Below, piece by piece: positions 44,888-58,045 of a stretch of DNA of 64,000 nt. Origin of the DNA: Burkholderiaceae bacterium (GTDB lineage: Bacteria; Pseudomonadota; Gammaproteobacteria; Burkholderiales; Burkholderiaceae_D); NCBI GenBank assembly GCA_023653025.1, contig JAMNXS010000001.1, forward strand, positions 10,490-74,489, given 5' to 3'. The translations under genes and the position numbers were made by a program. Below the pieces are notes generated by a model. It was not told where the DNA came from, did not search any database, and saw nothing but the letters and a program-made list of their open reading frames with translations. Each line of letters opens with the position of its first letter. Position 1 is the first letter of the stretch.

Positions 44888-45280
44888 TCAAGCGCCGGCT
44901 TCGGCATCCATTTCCGCAAACACGCGCTGCGCCAGTGCGAACGCCGAGTTGGCTGCCGGCACTCCACAGTAGATGGCCGCCTGCAGCAGCGCCTCCTTGA
45001 TCTGCTCGCGCGTGACGCCGTTGTTCGAGGCCGCCCGCAGGTGCAGCTTCAATTCTTCCTCGCGGTTCAGCGCCACCAGCATCGCGATCGTCATCAGGCT
45101 GCGCGTGTGGCGCGGCAGACCAGGACGCGTCCAGATCTCGCCCCACGCATAGCGGGTGATCAGGTTCTGGAACTCGGCATTGAAGTCGTTCAGGCTGGAC
45201 TGAGCGCGGTCGACGTGCTTGTCTCCCAGCACCGCGCGCCGGAGCGCCATGCCGTGGTTGTGTCGTTGTTCTTCGTCCAT
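44888..45280 (-). CDS. pcaC: 4-carboxymuconolactone decarboxylase
   Basis: RRAVLGDKHVD, RYAWGEIWTRPGL, YCGVPAAN. Confidence 0.95.
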   Translation of the reverse strand: MDEEQRHNHGMALRRAVLGDKHVDRAQSSLNDFNAEFQNLITRYAWGEIWTRPGLPRHTRSLMTIAMLVALNREEELKLHLRAASNNGVTREQIKEALLQAAIYCGVPAANSAFALAQRVFAEMDAEAGA

Positions 45281-45283
45281 GGC

Positions 45284-46078
45284 CTACTGCGGCGCGGAGG
45301 CGTTAAGGAGAAAGCCGCGGACCTGGTGGGTGAAAGCCTGCGCGACCTCCCAGTTCGACAGATGGGCCGCGTTCAGCTCGACATAGCGGGCGCCGGGAAT
45401 GGAGCGGGCGATCAGCTCGCCATGCTCGGGCGGCGTCGATTTGTCGTGCTTGCCGCCGATGACGAGTGTCGGCGACGCGATGCGGCCGAGGTCGGCCCGC
45501 TGGTCCATGTCGCGCACGGCGGCGCAGTTGGCGGCATAGCCGTCGATCGAGGTCTTGGCGAGCATCGCCTTCACGCGCTCGACTTGCGCCGGCGCATGCG
45601 ACAGGAAGTCTGCGGTGAACCAGCGGTCGAGCACGTTGGCGATCACGGCATCCATGCCGCCCTGCCTGACCTGCGCGATGCGCGCGTTCCACATCTCGGG
45701 CACGCCGATCGCCGCGCTGGTGTTGCACAGCACCAGCCGGTCGATGCGGTTCGGCTGGTGAATGCCGAGCCAGATGCCGGTCATGCCGCCCATCGACAGG
45801 CCGCAAAAATGGGCGCGCGGGATCTTCAGGTAATCGAGCAGCGTGACGACATCACCGCCGAGCTGGGCCATGCTGTACGGCCCCGGCGTGACGTCCGATT
45901 GCCCATGGCCGCGCGTGTCATAGCGCAGTACGCGGAAGTGTTCGACCAGGGCGGGCATCTGGGGCAGCCACATGTCGAGCGTGGTGCCGAGGGAGTTGGA
46001 GAGCACCAGCACCGGCGCGTCGTCGGCGCCGTCGATGGCGTAATGCAGCTTGCCGTTTCCTGTGTCAACGAAAGGCAT
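45284..46078 (-). CDS. pcaD: 3-oxoadipate enol-lactonase
   Basis: SNSLGT, RYDTRGHG, GLSMGG, AAHLSN. Confidence 0.95.
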   Translation of the reverse strand: MPFVDTGNGKLHYAIDGADDAPVLVLSNSLGTTLDMWLPQMPALVEHFRVLRYDTRGHGQSDVTPGPYSMAQLGGDVVTLLDYLKIPRAHFCGLSMGGMTGIWLGIHQPNRIDRLVLCNTSAAIGVPEMWNARIAQVRQGGMDAVIANVLDRWFTADFLSHAPAQVERVKAMLAKTSIDGYAANCAAVRDMDQRADLGRIASPTLVIGGKHDKSTPPEHGELIARSIPGARYVELNAAHLSNWEVAQAFTHQVRGFLLNASAPQ

Positions 46079-46099
46079 CTTGACTCCTTGGGAGTGGGT

Positions 46100-47455
46100 T
46101 CAGAGCTTGGCTTGCCTGTGCGCAGCGAGCACGCGGTCGGCAAATGCCGCCGCTTCGCCAGTGTACCGGACCGGATCGAGCAGTTCGCCCAGACGGCCGG
46201 GCCCGAGCTGCGCCGTGACGGCAGGATCGGCAGCCAGCACCTCGGCGAGCGCTCGCCCGCTGTCGGCAGCAGTATGGCAGGCTGCCTCGACCAGTTCATG
46301 CGCTCTCGCACGACCGAGGTGCGCGGCTAGCGCGAGCGACACCGGCTCGGCCATCACCAGCCCGCGCGTGGCATCCATGTTGGCGCGCATGCGCGCGGCA
46401 TCCACGCCCAGTCCCTCGGCGACGTCGCGCAGCTGGCCGAGCGCCGCCGCGCACAGCGACGCGATCTCGGGCAGAGTATCCCACTCGGCCTGCCAGCCGC
46501 CTAGGGCGCGCTCGTGCTCGTTGGGCATGCCCGCAAGCATCGTAGCCACCAGGCCGGGAACGCGCGTGGCGGCGGCCAGGGCAGTGGCGCAGCCCACGGG
46601 ATTGCGCTTGTGCGGCATGGCCGAAGACCCGCCGCGTCCGACAGCCACGGGCTCGGACAATTCCGCGACCTCGGTCTGGCTCTGCAGCGAGATGTCGCGG
46701 GCGATCTTGCCCAGCGTGCCGGTCAAAAGACCCAGCACCGTTGCACACTCGGCCATGCGGTCGCGATGGGCATGCCAGGGAAGCGCCGGCAGCGGCAGAC
46801 CGAGCAGGCCGGACAGCGTCTGCGCGACCGGCAGGCCGCAGTTGCCCAGCGAGGCCAGCGTGCCGGCGGCGCCGCCGAACTGCAGTACGCACAGGCGGCG
46901 GCGCATCTCGCCCAGCCGCTGCTGATGGCGCAGAACAGCATCCAGCCAGCCCGCGGCCTTCAGTCCGAAAGTGATCGGCAGCGCGTGCTGCATCCATGTG
47001 CGCCCCATCATCGGCGTATCGCGGTGCCGGTACACGAGCGCAGCGAGCGCATCGCCGAACTCGGCCAGGTCGACCGCCAGCAGATCGAGCGCCTCGCGCA
47101 GCTGCAGCACCATGCCGGTATCGATCACGTCCTGGCTGGTCGAGCCCCAGTGAACGTAACGCGCGGCATCGGCATCGGCTGCCGCCACCCGCGCGGTCAG
47201 GGCCTTGACCAGCGGTATCGCGATATTGCCGGCCCGCTGCGCGTCCTGCGCGAGTGCATCGATGTCGAAACCCTCGGCATCGCAGGCGGCGCGGATCGGC
47301 GCGACCGCCGTCGCCGGGATCACGGCCTCCGCGGCCAGCGCCTCGGCTAGCGCCGCCTCGAAATCCAGCATGCGCTGCAGCGTGGCGCGGGGAGCGAATA
47401 CCTGCGCCATGCCTTCGCTGGAAAACAACCGGGCGGTCAATGAAGGCAGGGACAT
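46100..47455 (-). CDS. pcaB: 3-carboxy-cis,cis-muconate cycloisomerase
   Basis: HWGSTSQD, GRTWMQ, GGSSAMPHKRNP. Confidence 0.95.
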   Translation of the reverse strand: MSLPSLTARLFSSEGMAQVFAPRATLQRMLDFEAALAEALAAEAVIPATAVAPIRAACDAEGFDIDALAQDAQRAGNIAIPLVKALTARVAAADADAARYVHWGSTSQDVIDTGMVLQLREALDLLAVDLAEFGDALAALVYRHRDTPMMGRTWMQHALPITFGLKAAGWLDAVLRHQQRLGEMRRRLCVLQFGGAAGTLASLGNCGLPVAQTLSGLLGLPLPALPWHAHRDRMAECATVLGLLTGTLGKIARDISLQSQTEVAELSEPVAVGRGGSSAMPHKRNPVGCATALAAATRVPGLVATMLAGMPNEHERALGGWQAEWDTLPEIASLCAAALGQLRDVAEGLGVDAARMRANMDATRGLVMAEPVSLALAAHLGRARAHELVEAACHTAADSGRALAEVLAADPAVTAQLGPGRLGELLDPVRYTGEAAAFADRVLAAHRQAKL

Positions 47456-47471
47456 CGGCGCTTACCTCGGG

Positions 47472-48044
47472 TCAGAGATCGAAGAATACGGTTTCGTCAG
47501 CGCCGCCACCGCCGAGCACGATGTTCCACGCCAGCACGCCGGGACGGTCCGGCGCCGGCTGCGCCACCAGCGTGGTACGCCGCTCCGCCGGCACTGCGGA
47601 CAAGACGGGATCGCCGCCATGATCGTCGTGCGGGAAGTAGATGCGCGTCGTCAACTGCTTCAGGAGGCCGCGCGCGAAGACATTGACCAGGATGTGCGGC
47701 GCCTGCGCCCGACCGTCCGCGCCCGGAACGCTGCCGGGCTTGATGGTCGAAAAGCGGAAGCGGCCGTCGGCATCGGTCGGGCAGCGGCCGAAGCCGAGGA
47801 AGCCGGCGTCGGCCGGCAGATCGCGGGCATCGTCGGCGTGCGCATACTTGCCATCCGCGTTGGCCTGCCAGATCTCGATGAGGCCGTCCGGCACGACCTG
47901 GCCATCGGCGTCCAGCAGCCGTCCTTCGATCAGGATCCGCTCGCCGGCGATGCCGGGGCCGGCGAGCTCGCTGGTGTTCAGCCAATCGAGGCCGATATGC
48001 AGGTAGGGGCCGACAGTTTGGGAAGGGGTCAGAGAAAAACTCAC
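47472..48044 (-). CDS. pcaG: Protocatechuate 3,4-dioxygenase alpha subunit
   Basis: TPSQTVGPY, EIWQANADG, APHILVNVFARG, ETVFFDL; GTG start. Confidence 0.95.
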   Translation of the reverse strand: MSFSLTPSQTVGPYLHIGLDWLNTSELAGPGIAGERILIEGRLLDADGQVVPDGLIEIWQANADGKYAHADDARDLPADAGFLGFGRCPTDADGRFRFSTIKPGSVPGADGRAQAPHILVNVFARGLLKQLTTRIYFPHDDHGGDPVLSAVPAERRTTLVAQPAPDRPGVLAWNIVLGGGGADETVFFDL

Positions 48045-48045
48045 G

Positions 48046-48753
48046 TCACGCCTCCAACGGGGTCGCATCGCGCCCGCGCAGCACGATGTCGAAGCGGAAG
48101 CCGAGTGCGTGCTCGGGCGCGGTCAGCTCCAGCTCGAAGCGCGAGATCATCCGCTGCCGCGCGCCATCCGGCACGCTGTTGTAGATCGGATCGAAGGGCA
48201 GCAGCGGATCGCCGGGGAAGTACATCTGCGTGACGAGTCGCGTCGCGAACGCATTGCCGAACAGCGAGAAATGAATGTGGGCCGGACGCCAGGCGTTCGG
48301 ATGGTTGCGCCACGGGTAGGCACCGGGACGGATGGTGACGAAGCGGTAGTTGCCCTGTGCATCGGTCAGCGTGCGCCCGGTGCCGGTGAAATTCGGGTCG
48401 AGCGGCGCATCGTGCTGGTCGCGCTTGTGCTGGTAGCGGCCGGCGGCATTCGCCTGCCAGACCTCGACCAGCGTATGCGGCACCGGGCGTCCGTCCTCGT
48501 CGATGACGCGGCCGGCAACGATGATGCGCTCGCCCAGCGGTTCGCCCGCATGCTGGCGCGTCAGGTCGGCATCGTCGGCGCGCACGCGGTCGTGGCCGAA
48601 CACGGGGCCGGTGATTTCGGACAGCGACTGCGGCAGCAGGACCAGCGGCTTCGACGGCGTGCGCGTGACCGTCGACCCGTAGTCGGGATACAGATAATCG
48701 GAATGGCTTCCTGCCGCAGGCTTGCGGTAGGGACGAAGGTCGGACTTGGACAT
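48046..48753 (-). CDS. pcaH: Protocatechuate 3,4-dioxygenase beta subunit
   Basis: WQANAAGRY, PGAYPW, WRPAHIHFS, TQMYF. Confidence 0.96.
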   Translation of the reverse strand: MSKSDLRPYRKPAAGSHSDYLYPDYGSTVTRTPSKPLVLLPQSLSEITGPVFGHDRVRADDADLTRQHAGEPLGERIIVAGRVIDEDGRPVPHTLVEVWQANAAGRYQHKRDQHDAPLDPNFTGTGRTLTDAQGNYRFVTIRPGAYPWRNHPNAWRPAHIHFSLFGNAFATRLVTQMYFPGDPLLPFDPIYNSVPDGARQRMISRFELELTAPEHALGFRFDIVLRGRDATPLEA

Positions 48754-48834
48754 CGGCTCGCAGGTCAGTAATGGTGATTCGGCTCAATTCTCGCCGATGC
48801 GGGCGAAATTGAAAACGTTGGGGACGGCGTGCAC

Positions 48835-50049
48835 TCAGATCCGCTCGATCAGCATGGCAATACCCTGCCCCACCCCGATGCACATCGTGCACAGCGCGTA
48901 GCGGCCGCCGCTGCGCTGCAGCTGCCAGGTTGCCGTCGTCACCAGCCGCGCGCCGCTCATGCCCAGCGGATGGCCGAGCGCTATTGCGCCGCCGTTCGGG
49001 TTCACGCGCGCATCGTCGCCGGCAATGCCGAGTTCGCGCAGCACCGCGAGCCCTTGCGCGGCGAAGGCTTCGTTGAGCTCGATGACGTCGATCTGGTCGA
49101 GCGAGATGCCGGTCTGCTGCAGCAGCTTTTTCACCGCCGGCACCGGCCCGATGCCCATGACGCGTGGCGCCACGCCGGCCGTCGCGACAGCGACGATGCG
49201 CGCCTTCGGCACGAGTCCGTAGCGACGGGCATTGTCCTCGTCCGCCAGCAGCAAGGCGCACGCGCCGTCGTTGACGCCGGAGGCATTGCCGGCCGTGACC
49301 GTGCCGTCGGGACGGACGACGCCTTTCAGCCTGGACAGCGCCTCGATGCTGGTGGCGCGCGGATGTTCGTCCTGCAGCACGGTGACGGGTTCGCCCTTTT
49401 TCTGCGGGATCACGACTGGCACGATTTCATCAGCGAGTGTGCCATTGGCCTGCGCGGCGGCAGCCTTGTTCTGGCTACGGACGGCAAACGCGTCCTGGTC
49501 GGCGCGGCCGATGCCGAAATCGGCGGCGACGTTCTCGGCCGTCTCCGGCATCGAATCGACGCCGTACAGGGCCTTCATCTGCGGGTTGATGAAGCGCCAG
49601 CCGATCGTGGTGTCAAAGATCTGCGCGTTACGCGAGAACGCGCTGTCGGCCTTGCCCATCACGAAGGGTGCGCGGGTCATCGACTCGACGCCGCCGGCGA
49701 TCATCAGTCCCGTCTCACCGGCCTTGATGGCGCGCGCGGCAATGCCGACCGCATCCATGCCCGAACCGCACAGGCGGTTCACGGTCGACCCGGGCACCGC
49801 GATCGGCAAGCCGGCCAGCAGCGACGACATGCGGGCGACATTGCGGTTGTCCTCGCCGGCCTGGTTCGCGCAGCCGAAGATCACCTCGTCGAGCGCCGAC
49901 CAGTCGACGGTCGGATTGCGCTCCTGCAGCGCGCGCAGCGGAATGGCGCCGAGATCGTCGGCACGCATGTCCTTGAGCGCGCCGCCGTAGCGGCCGATGG
50001 GGGTACGGATGGCATCGCAGATGAAGGCTTGTTTCATGTTTTGGCTCAT
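48835..50049 (-). CDS. pcaF: 3-oxoadipyl-CoA thiolase
   Basis: [26 protein letters not shown]. Confidence 0.93.
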   Translation of the reverse strand: MSQNMKQAFICDAIRTPIGRYGGALKDMRADDLGAIPLRALQERNPTVDWSALDEVIFGCANQAGEDNRNVARMSSLLAGLPIAVPGSTVNRLCGSGMDAVGIAARAIKAGETGLMIAGGVESMTRAPFVMGKADSAFSRNAQIFDTTIGWRFINPQMKALYGVDSMPETAENVAADFGIGRADQDAFAVRSQNKAAAAQANGTLADEIVPVVIPQKKGEPVTVLQDEHPRATSIEALSRLKGVVRPDGTVTAGNASGVNDGACALLLADEDNARRYGLVPKARIVAVATAGVAPRVMGIGPVPAVKKLLQQTGISLDQIDVIELNEAFAAQGLAVLRELGIAGDDARVNPNGGAIALGHPLGMSGARLVTTATWQLQRSGGRYALCTMCIGVGQGIAMLIERI

Positions 50050-50071
50050 TTAAAAATCGTTTGGGACAGAC

Positions 50072-50710
50072 TCACGCTTCTTGCAGCGGCACGCCCGTCA
50101 TCTCCTGCAAGGCGTCCAGCGTGAGTCCGTCGACCATGTCGATCACGCGCAGGCCCTGCGCCGTGACCTCGAGGGTCGCGAGATCCGTGTAAATGCGCGA
50201 TACGCAGGCCACACCCGTCAGCGGATAGCTGCAGTCGGCGACGATCTTGCTCTCGCCGGCCTTGGTCTGGTGCTCCATCATCACAAAGACTTTCTTGGCG
50301 CCGATCGCGAGATCCATCGCGCCGCCGACCGCCGGTATCGCTTCCGGCGCGCCGGTATGCCAGTTCGCGAGGTCGCCGCGCGCGGAGACCTGGAAGGCGC
50401 CGAGCACGCAGATGTCCAGATGGCCGCCGCGCATCATCGCGAACGAGTCGGCGTGATGAAAGAATGCGCCGCCGGTCAGCAGAGTCACCGGCTGCTTGCC
50501 GGCATTGATCAGGTCCTCGTCCTCTTGCCCCGGTGCAGGAGCCGGACCCATGCCGAGGATGCCGTTCTCGCTGTGCAGGAAAATTTCTTTCGACGGATCG
50601 AGATGGTTGGCGACCAGGGTAGGCAGTCCGATGCCGAGGTTCACATAGGCGCCTTCCGGTATGTCGCGCGCGACCCGCTGCGCGATTTCATCACGTGACC
50701 GGCGCTTCAT
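50072..50710 (-). CDS. pcaJ: 3-oxoadipate CoA-transferase beta subunit
   Basis: VNLGIGLPT, SENG, GGAMDLA. Confidence 0.93.
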   Translation of the reverse strand: MKRRSRDEIAQRVARDIPEGAYVNLGIGLPTLVANHLDPSKEIFLHSENGILGMGPAPAPGQEDEDLINAGKQPVTLLTGGAFFHHADSFAMMRGGHLDICVLGAFQVSARGDLANWHTGAPEAIPAVGGAMDLAIGAKKVFVMMEHQTKAGESKIVADCSYPLTGVACVSRIYTDLATLEVTAQGLRVIDMVDGLTLDALQEMTGVPLQEA

Positions 50711-51378
50711 TGCACTCCTCCTGTCTGCACGACGCGCTGCACGAAAATTCCAGGCGTGACGATCACCTCGGGATCGAGTTCGCCGAGCTCGACGACCTCG
50801 TCCACCTGCGCCACCGCGCAGCGGGCAGCCATCGCCATGATGGGACCGAAGTTGCGCGCCGCCTTGCGGTAGACGAGATTGCCCCAGCGATCGGCCTTGA
50901 GCGCCTTGATCAGCGCAAAGTCCGCGTGGATCGGAGTCTCGAGCACATAGTCGCGGCCATGGATGTTGCGGGTCTCCTTGCCCTCGGCCAGCAGGGTCCC
51001 GAACCCGGTCGGCGTGAAAAAGGCGCCGATGCCGGCACCGGCGGCCCGGATGCGTTCGGCGAGATTGCCCTGCGGGGTCAGTTCGAGTTCGATCTTGCCG
51101 GCCCGGTAGAGCCCGTCGAAGACATGCGAATCCGACTGGCGCGGAAACGAGCAGATGATCTTGCGCACCCGCCCGGCGGCGAGCAAGGCCGCGAGCCCGG
51201 CGTCGCCGTTGCCGGCATTGTTGTTGACGATAGTGAGGTCGCGTGCGCCTTGCGCGATCAGTGCATCGATCAGTGCGCGGGGCATGCCGGCGTTGCCGAA
51301 GCCGCCGATCATGACGGTGGCGCCGTCCTCGATCCCCGTGACCGCCTGCTCGAGGTCGGCGACGATTTTGCTGAGCAA
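50707..51378 (-). CDS. pcaI: 3-oxoadipate CoA-transferase alpha subunit
   Basis: GGFG, NNNAG, PQGNLAERIRAAGAG; TTG start with RBS AGGAGG. Confidence 0.93.
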   Translation of the reverse strand: MLSKIVADLEQAVTGIEDGATVMIGGFGNAGMPRALIDALIAQGARDLTIVNNNAGNGDAGLAALLAAGRVRKIICSFPRQSDSHVFDGLYRAGKIELELTPQGNLAERIRAAGAGIGAFFTPTGFGTLLAEGKETRNIHGRDYVLETPIHADFALIKALKADRWGNLVYRKAARNFGPIMAMAARCAVAQVDEVVELGELDPEVIVTPGIFVQRVVQTGGVQ

Positions 51379-51431
51379 AGTTTCCTCCTGATTGATGCCG
51401 TGGCTTTGACGACCTACAATACCGGCAAAAT

Positions 51432-51537
51432 GTTCGATAACCGCACAAATATCTGTCTACAGAACGCAACACGCAGTGTATCCGCAGACTTATCGGCCGA
51501 CAAGGAAGCACGACAACAGAGTGTTCGATGTCCGAAC
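51432..51537. promoter_or_regulatory. Two PcaR/PobR (IclR-type) boxes
   Basis: GTTCGATAACCGCAC at 51432-51446 and GTTCGATGTCCGAAC at 51523-51537 resemble the PcaR site GTTCGATAATCGCAC; between divergent pcaI and pcaR. Confidence 0.75.
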
Positions 51538-51758
51538 CACGCCCTCCCCAAGGAGCCGCTCGTCTGTTTGTTGGATTGAAGCGACACATTGGCCGTGGTG
51601 ACACGAACCAAACCCGGAGAGGGGCAAGTGGACGCAAGAATTATCAAAAGATTATCAGGTTCCGTTACGGTAACGGCCATGTCGTCGCGCCGCACGGACA
51701 TGTTCGGCGCGGCGGCATGCCCTCCGTTCGAAAGCCATCCTTCACCAGCGATCTGAAC

Positions 51759-52646
51759 ATGCAGACCATTCCCAGCCCCTCGAATGAAATCATTCCGCCG
51801 ACCGCGACCGCGCAAGGCATTCCCGGCCCCGGCAAGGGGGTCGCCAACGTGCCGGCCCGGCAGCGAACGATCGCCGAGGAAATCGATGCGCTGACCGACC
51901 CGAGCTTCATGACCTCGCTGGCGCGCGGTCTGGCCGTCGTCAAGGCATTCAGCGACCAGCGCCGCTCGATGACCATCGCGCAAATCAGCCACAAGACCGG
52001 CATTCCGCGCGCTGCGGTCCGCCGCTGCCTATACACGCTGAAGCAGCTCGGCTATGCGGATGCCGAAGCGAACAATTTTTATCTGAAGCCGAAGATTCTG
52101 TCGCTCGGATATTCGTATCTGTCGTCGACCCCGCTGGCCATTGCCGCCCAGCCCTGCCTGAACCAGCTGAGCCGCACGCTCAACGAGTCCTGCTCGCTGG
52201 CAGTGCTGGAGCAGGAAGAGGTGCTCTACATCTGCCGCTCGCAAACCTCGCGCGTGCTGTCGGTGGCATTGAACGCCGGCAGCCGCCTGCCGGCCCATTG
52301 CACGTCGCTCGGCCGCGTGCTGCTGGCCGGGCTGCGCGAACCGGAGCTGGATGCGTTTTTCGAGCGCGCCAAACTGGTGGCCTATACCGACCGAACCGTG
52401 GTTGACGAAGAGCGGCTGCGCGAGATCATCGCCGATGTCCGGCTCAAGGGATACGCGATCGTCGAGGAAGAACTCGAGATCGGCCTGCGGTCGGTCGCCG
52501 TGCCGGTGCGCGGTGCGTCGGGCGCGACCATGGCGGCGCTGAACATTGGCGCGCAATCGACGCGCGTGACGCGCGACGAAGTCGAGCAAAGCTTTTTGCC
52601 CGCGCTGCTGAATGCGGCCAGCGACTTGTCGGTGCTGCTGCCCTGA
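51759..52646 (+). CDS. pcaR: IclR family regulator PcaR
   Basis: FMTSLARGLAV, RAAVRRCLYTL, GSRLPAHCTSLGRVLL, ELEIGLRSVAVP. Confidence 0.9.
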   Translation: MQTIPSPSNEIIPPTATAQGIPGPGKGVANVPARQRTIAEEIDALTDPSFMTSLARGLAVVKAFSDQRRSMTIAQISHKTGIPRAAVRRCLYTLKQLGYADAEANNFYLKPKILSLGYSYLSSTPLAIAAQPCLNQLSRTLNESCSLAVLEQEEVLYICRSQTSRVLSVALNAGSRLPAHCTSLGRVLLAGLREPELDAFFERAKLVAYTDRTVVDEERLREIIADVRLKGYAIVEEELEIGLRSVAVPVRGASGATMAALNIGAQSTRVTRDEVEQSFLPALLNAASDLSVLLP

Positions 52647-52670
52647 GTCGCGGGCTCGCCGACACCGGCC

Positions 52671-54964
<2,294 letters not shown>

Positions 54965-55039
54965 GACTGATTCGATCAGCGAAGTGGCCTCGCCCGGGGG
55001 TATGCGTTACAGTCCAACAGCATATTGAGCCTGATACCG

Positions 55040-55792
55040 ATGAACCCGACCCTGTCCTTCTCCTCGCCCCCGCCGCTGAACGTCAGCGCGCTGCGTGCGA
55101 GTTGTTCCGCGTGCAGCATGCACCAGCTCTGCCTGCCGATGGGGCTGGGCGAGTCGGACATGCAGAAGCTCGACCAGATCATCGGCCGCCGCCGCAAGGT
55201 GCCGAAGGAATCACTGCTGTACCGGATGGACGACCCGTTCATCAACCTGTACGCGATCCGGCTCGGCCACTTCAAGACCTACCAGGTCAGTGCCGGCGGC
55301 GAACAGCAGATCACCGGATTCCAGATGGCCGGAGAGTTGCTGGGCATGGACGCCATCAGCACCGACCGCCACCATTGCGACGCGATGGCGCTGGAGGACA
55401 GCGAGGTCTGCGAAATACCGTTCGGGCGCCTCGAGGAACTGTTCGGCACCATCCCGACCCTGCTGCATCATTTCCACAGGATGATGAGCCGCGAGATCAC
55501 CCGCGAACAGAACGCGATGCTCCTGCTCGGTAACATGCGGGCCGAGCAGCGCTTCGCGGCTTTCCTCGTCAATCTCGCGTCCCGCTACTCGGCGCGCGGG
55601 TATTCGTCCACCAGCTTCCAGCTGCGCATGTCGCGCGAGGAAATCGGCAACTATCTCGGGCTGACGATCGAGAGCATCAGCCGCCTGCTGTCTCGCCTGA
55701 AGAAGCAGGGCCTGATCCGCGTGGCCAACCGGGAAATCGAATTGCTCGAGCCCGATCACCTGCGTGCGATGGCAGCCGGCACCGAGCACTGA
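55040..55792 (+). CDS. fnr: Fumarate/nitrate reduction regulator Fnr
   Basis: N-terminal CSACSMHQLC cluster, VCEIP, SREEIGNYLGLTIESISR. Confidence 0.93.
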   Translation: MNPTLSFSSPPPLNVSALRASCSACSMHQLCLPMGLGESDMQKLDQIIGRRRKVPKESLLYRMDDPFINLYAIRLGHFKTYQVSAGGEQQITGFQMAGELLGMDAISTDRHHCDAMALEDSEVCEIPFGRLEELFGTIPTLLHHFHRMMSREITREQNAMLLLGNMRAEQRFAAFLVNLASRYSARGYSSTSFQLRMSREEIGNYLGLTIESISRLLSRLKKQGLIRVANREIELLEPDHLRAMAAGTEH

Positions 55793-55828
55793 ACGCCGGG
55801 CGATGGCTCGGCCTGTGCAGGGACCGGA

Positions 55829-56068
55829 TCAGAACGGAGGCTGGCCGGGCGCTTCGGTGCGAGTCAGGACCAGGCTGATCATGCTGGCGATCGCGCAGAA
55901 AGCCCAGAAAAAGAAAAAGCCGACGGTATAAGCTGCGATCGGGGGAAGCTCGGACTGGCCGCCGATCAGCATCAGGTCGGCCGGGTCAAAGAAGGAAAAG
56001 AAGAAACCCTCGGCCATGATCGCCGACAGGAACGACGGCCACAATACCGACATAGCCAACCTGAGCAT
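55829..56068 (-). CDS. Small membrane protein at the end of the cco cluster
   Basis: LWPSFL, FFSFFDP, YTVGFFFFW. Confidence 0.7.
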   Translation of the reverse strand: MLRLAMSVLWPSFLSAIMAEGFFFSFFDPADLMLIGGQSELPPIAAYTVGFFFFWAFCAIASMISLVLTRTEAPGQPPF

Positions 56069-56079
56069 AGCACTCCTCC

Positions 56080-56592
56080 TCACGCAGCCGGACCGCTCTC
56101 CCCGATCGGCCGGATGTCTGTCTGTTGTTGTTCCGGCCAGTGCCAGCTGCCGTGCAGGCGCCACTGCCGTTGCTGATCTTCCAGCTGCACCTTCCAGCGA
56201 GCGCGGTCCAGCAGCGGCAGGCGGAAACTGAAACGGCCATCGGCATCGAGCGTCACCACCGTGCGGACATCCTTGTCGGGGACGGTCGGGTGCAGCAAGC
56301 GGACGATCAGCGCCTTCGGCTTTGCCTCGCCATTGAGCCGGCCCGTCACACTGTCGGTGATCGCATCATACCGGACTGACGCTGTCAATCCGAGGCGGGC
56401 AGCGGCTGCGTCGCGCCGCAGGTCCTGGTTGATGGCCTTGCCCTGCTTGTAATAATCGTCGACGACCAGCGCGTCCGCGCCGGCAAACGAGATCCAGATC
56501 GTGATCGTACCGGCAATCAGCACGGCGACTGGCCCGATCATCAGCAGCCACGGCCAGCGATGACGGTACCAAGGGGCGGGGATGGGATTCAT
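56080..56592 (-). CDS. fixH: FixH family protein
   Basis: PWYRHRWPWLL, DDYYKQGKAIN, HPT; follows ccoG. Confidence 0.85.
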   Translation of the reverse strand: MNPIPAPWYRHRWPWLLMIGPVAVLIAGTITIWISFAGADALVVDDYYKQGKAINQDLRRDAAAARLGLTASVRYDAITDSVTGRLNGEAKPKALIVRLLHPTVPDKDVRTVVTLDADGRFSFRLPLLDRARWKVQLEDQQRQWRLHGSWHWPEQQQTDIRPIGESGPAA

Positions 56593-56620
56593 GATTCGAT
56601 CTGGCTCCAGCGGTTGTCGG

Positions 56621-58021
56621 TCAGCGTGGAATGAAGAAGACGGCTTTCTCGCGCACGCTTGTTTCCGGATGGTCGATGTCGGTAATGACGAAGGTAATTT
56701 TGTTCGACCCCTTCTCGCCCTTGCCCTCGGCCGTGCGCACGTTCACCGGCACCGCGCGCGACTCGGTCGACCCGAGCCGGACCTCGTCGGTTCCCTCCAG
56801 GTGGATGGTCTCGATGCCCTCGACCGACAGCCGGTAACGATGCGGCGCCTCGTCCGTATTCATGATCTGCAGCCGGTATACGTTTTCAATCATGCCGTCT
56901 TCGATCTCGCGCCCCAGCGAGCCGCGGTCGCGCATGACGTCCATCTTCAGCGGCGTGCGGCCGAGCAGTGTGCCGAAGAAGACCGACACGATCACGACCA
57001 GCACCGCGCTGTAGATCAGCACGCGCGGCCGGAACGCATGGCGCAGGATCTGCGCGGATGTCCAGCGGTACTTCATCGCATGGTCGGTCCAGTACCGGAC
57101 GAGCCCACGCGGCTGCCCGATCTTGTCCATCACGCTGTTGCAGGCATCGACGCAGGCGGCACAGCCGATGCATTCGTACTGAAGCCCGTTACGGATGTCG
57201 ATACCGGTCGGGCATACCTGCACGCACATCGAGCAGTCGATGCAGGCGCCAAGGGCCTGGCTGCCTGCGGCATTCGACTTGCTGCGCGCGCCACGCGGTT
57301 CGCCGCGCTCCTTGTCGTAAGTGATGATCAGGCTGTCCTTGTCGAACATCGCGCTCTGGAAGCGCGCGTACGGGCACATGTATTTGCAGACCTGCTCGCG
57401 CATCCAGCCTGCGTTGCCGTAGGTGGCGAATGCGTAGAAGATCACCCAGAACCACTCCCACGGCCCGAACGACAGCGTGGCAACGGATTCGGACAGTACG
57501 TGGATCGGGGTGAAATAGCCGACGAAGGTAAAACCGGTCCACAGCGCAAGCGTCCCCCAGGCCAGGTGCTTGGCCGACTTGCGCGTGAACTTCTCGACCG
57601 ACATCGGCTGGCGGTCGAGGCGCATGCGCGCGCTGCGGTTGCCCTCGATCTTGCGCTCGATCCAGAGGAAGATCTCGGTATAGACCGTCTGCGGGCAGGT
57701 AAAGCCGCACCAGACGCGACCGAAGACCGCGGTAAACAGGAAAAGTGAATAGGCGCTGATGATCAGCAGTGCGGCAAGATAGATGAAATCCTGCGGCCAG
57801 AGAACGATGCCGAAGATGTAGAACTTGCGGGCGCCCAGATCGAACAGAACAGCCTGGCGGCCGTTCCATTCGAGCCAGGGCAGCCCGTAGAACAGCAACT
57901 GCGTGGCCCAGACGAAGAACCAGCGCAGACGGGCGTACCTCCCCTGGGTCTCGCGCGGATAGATTTCCTTGCGAGCCTCGTACATCTTGATGACGGCGAT
58001 TTCAGGGGAGGCATTCTCCAT
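56621..58021 (-). CDS. ccoG: Cytochrome c oxidase accessory protein CcoG
   Basis: WCGFTCPQT, CKYMCPY, CIDCSMCVQVCP, CIGCAACVDAC. Confidence 0.96.
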   Translation of the reverse strand: MENASPEIAVIKMYEARKEIYPRETQGRYARLRWFFVWATQLLFYGLPWLEWNGRQAVLFDLGARKFYIFGIVLWPQDFIYLAALLIISAYSLFLFTAVFGRVWCGFTCPQTVYTEIFLWIERKIEGNRSARMRLDRQPMSVEKFTRKSAKHLAWGTLALWTGFTFVGYFTPIHVLSESVATLSFGPWEWFWVIFYAFATYGNAGWMREQVCKYMCPYARFQSAMFDKDSLIITYDKERGEPRGARSKSNAAGSQALGACIDCSMCVQVCPTGIDIRNGLQYECIGCAACVDACNSVMDKIGQPRGLVRYWTDHAMKYRWTSAQILRHAFRPRVLIYSAVLVVIVSVFFGTLLGRTPLKMDVMRDRGSLGREIEDGMIENVYRLQIMNTDEAPHRYRLSVEGIETIHLEGTDEVRLGSTESRAVPVNVRTAEGKGEKGSNKITFVITDIDHPETSVREKAVFFIPR

Positions 58022-58045
58022 GGACTGACCTGTGGGTTGACGTGG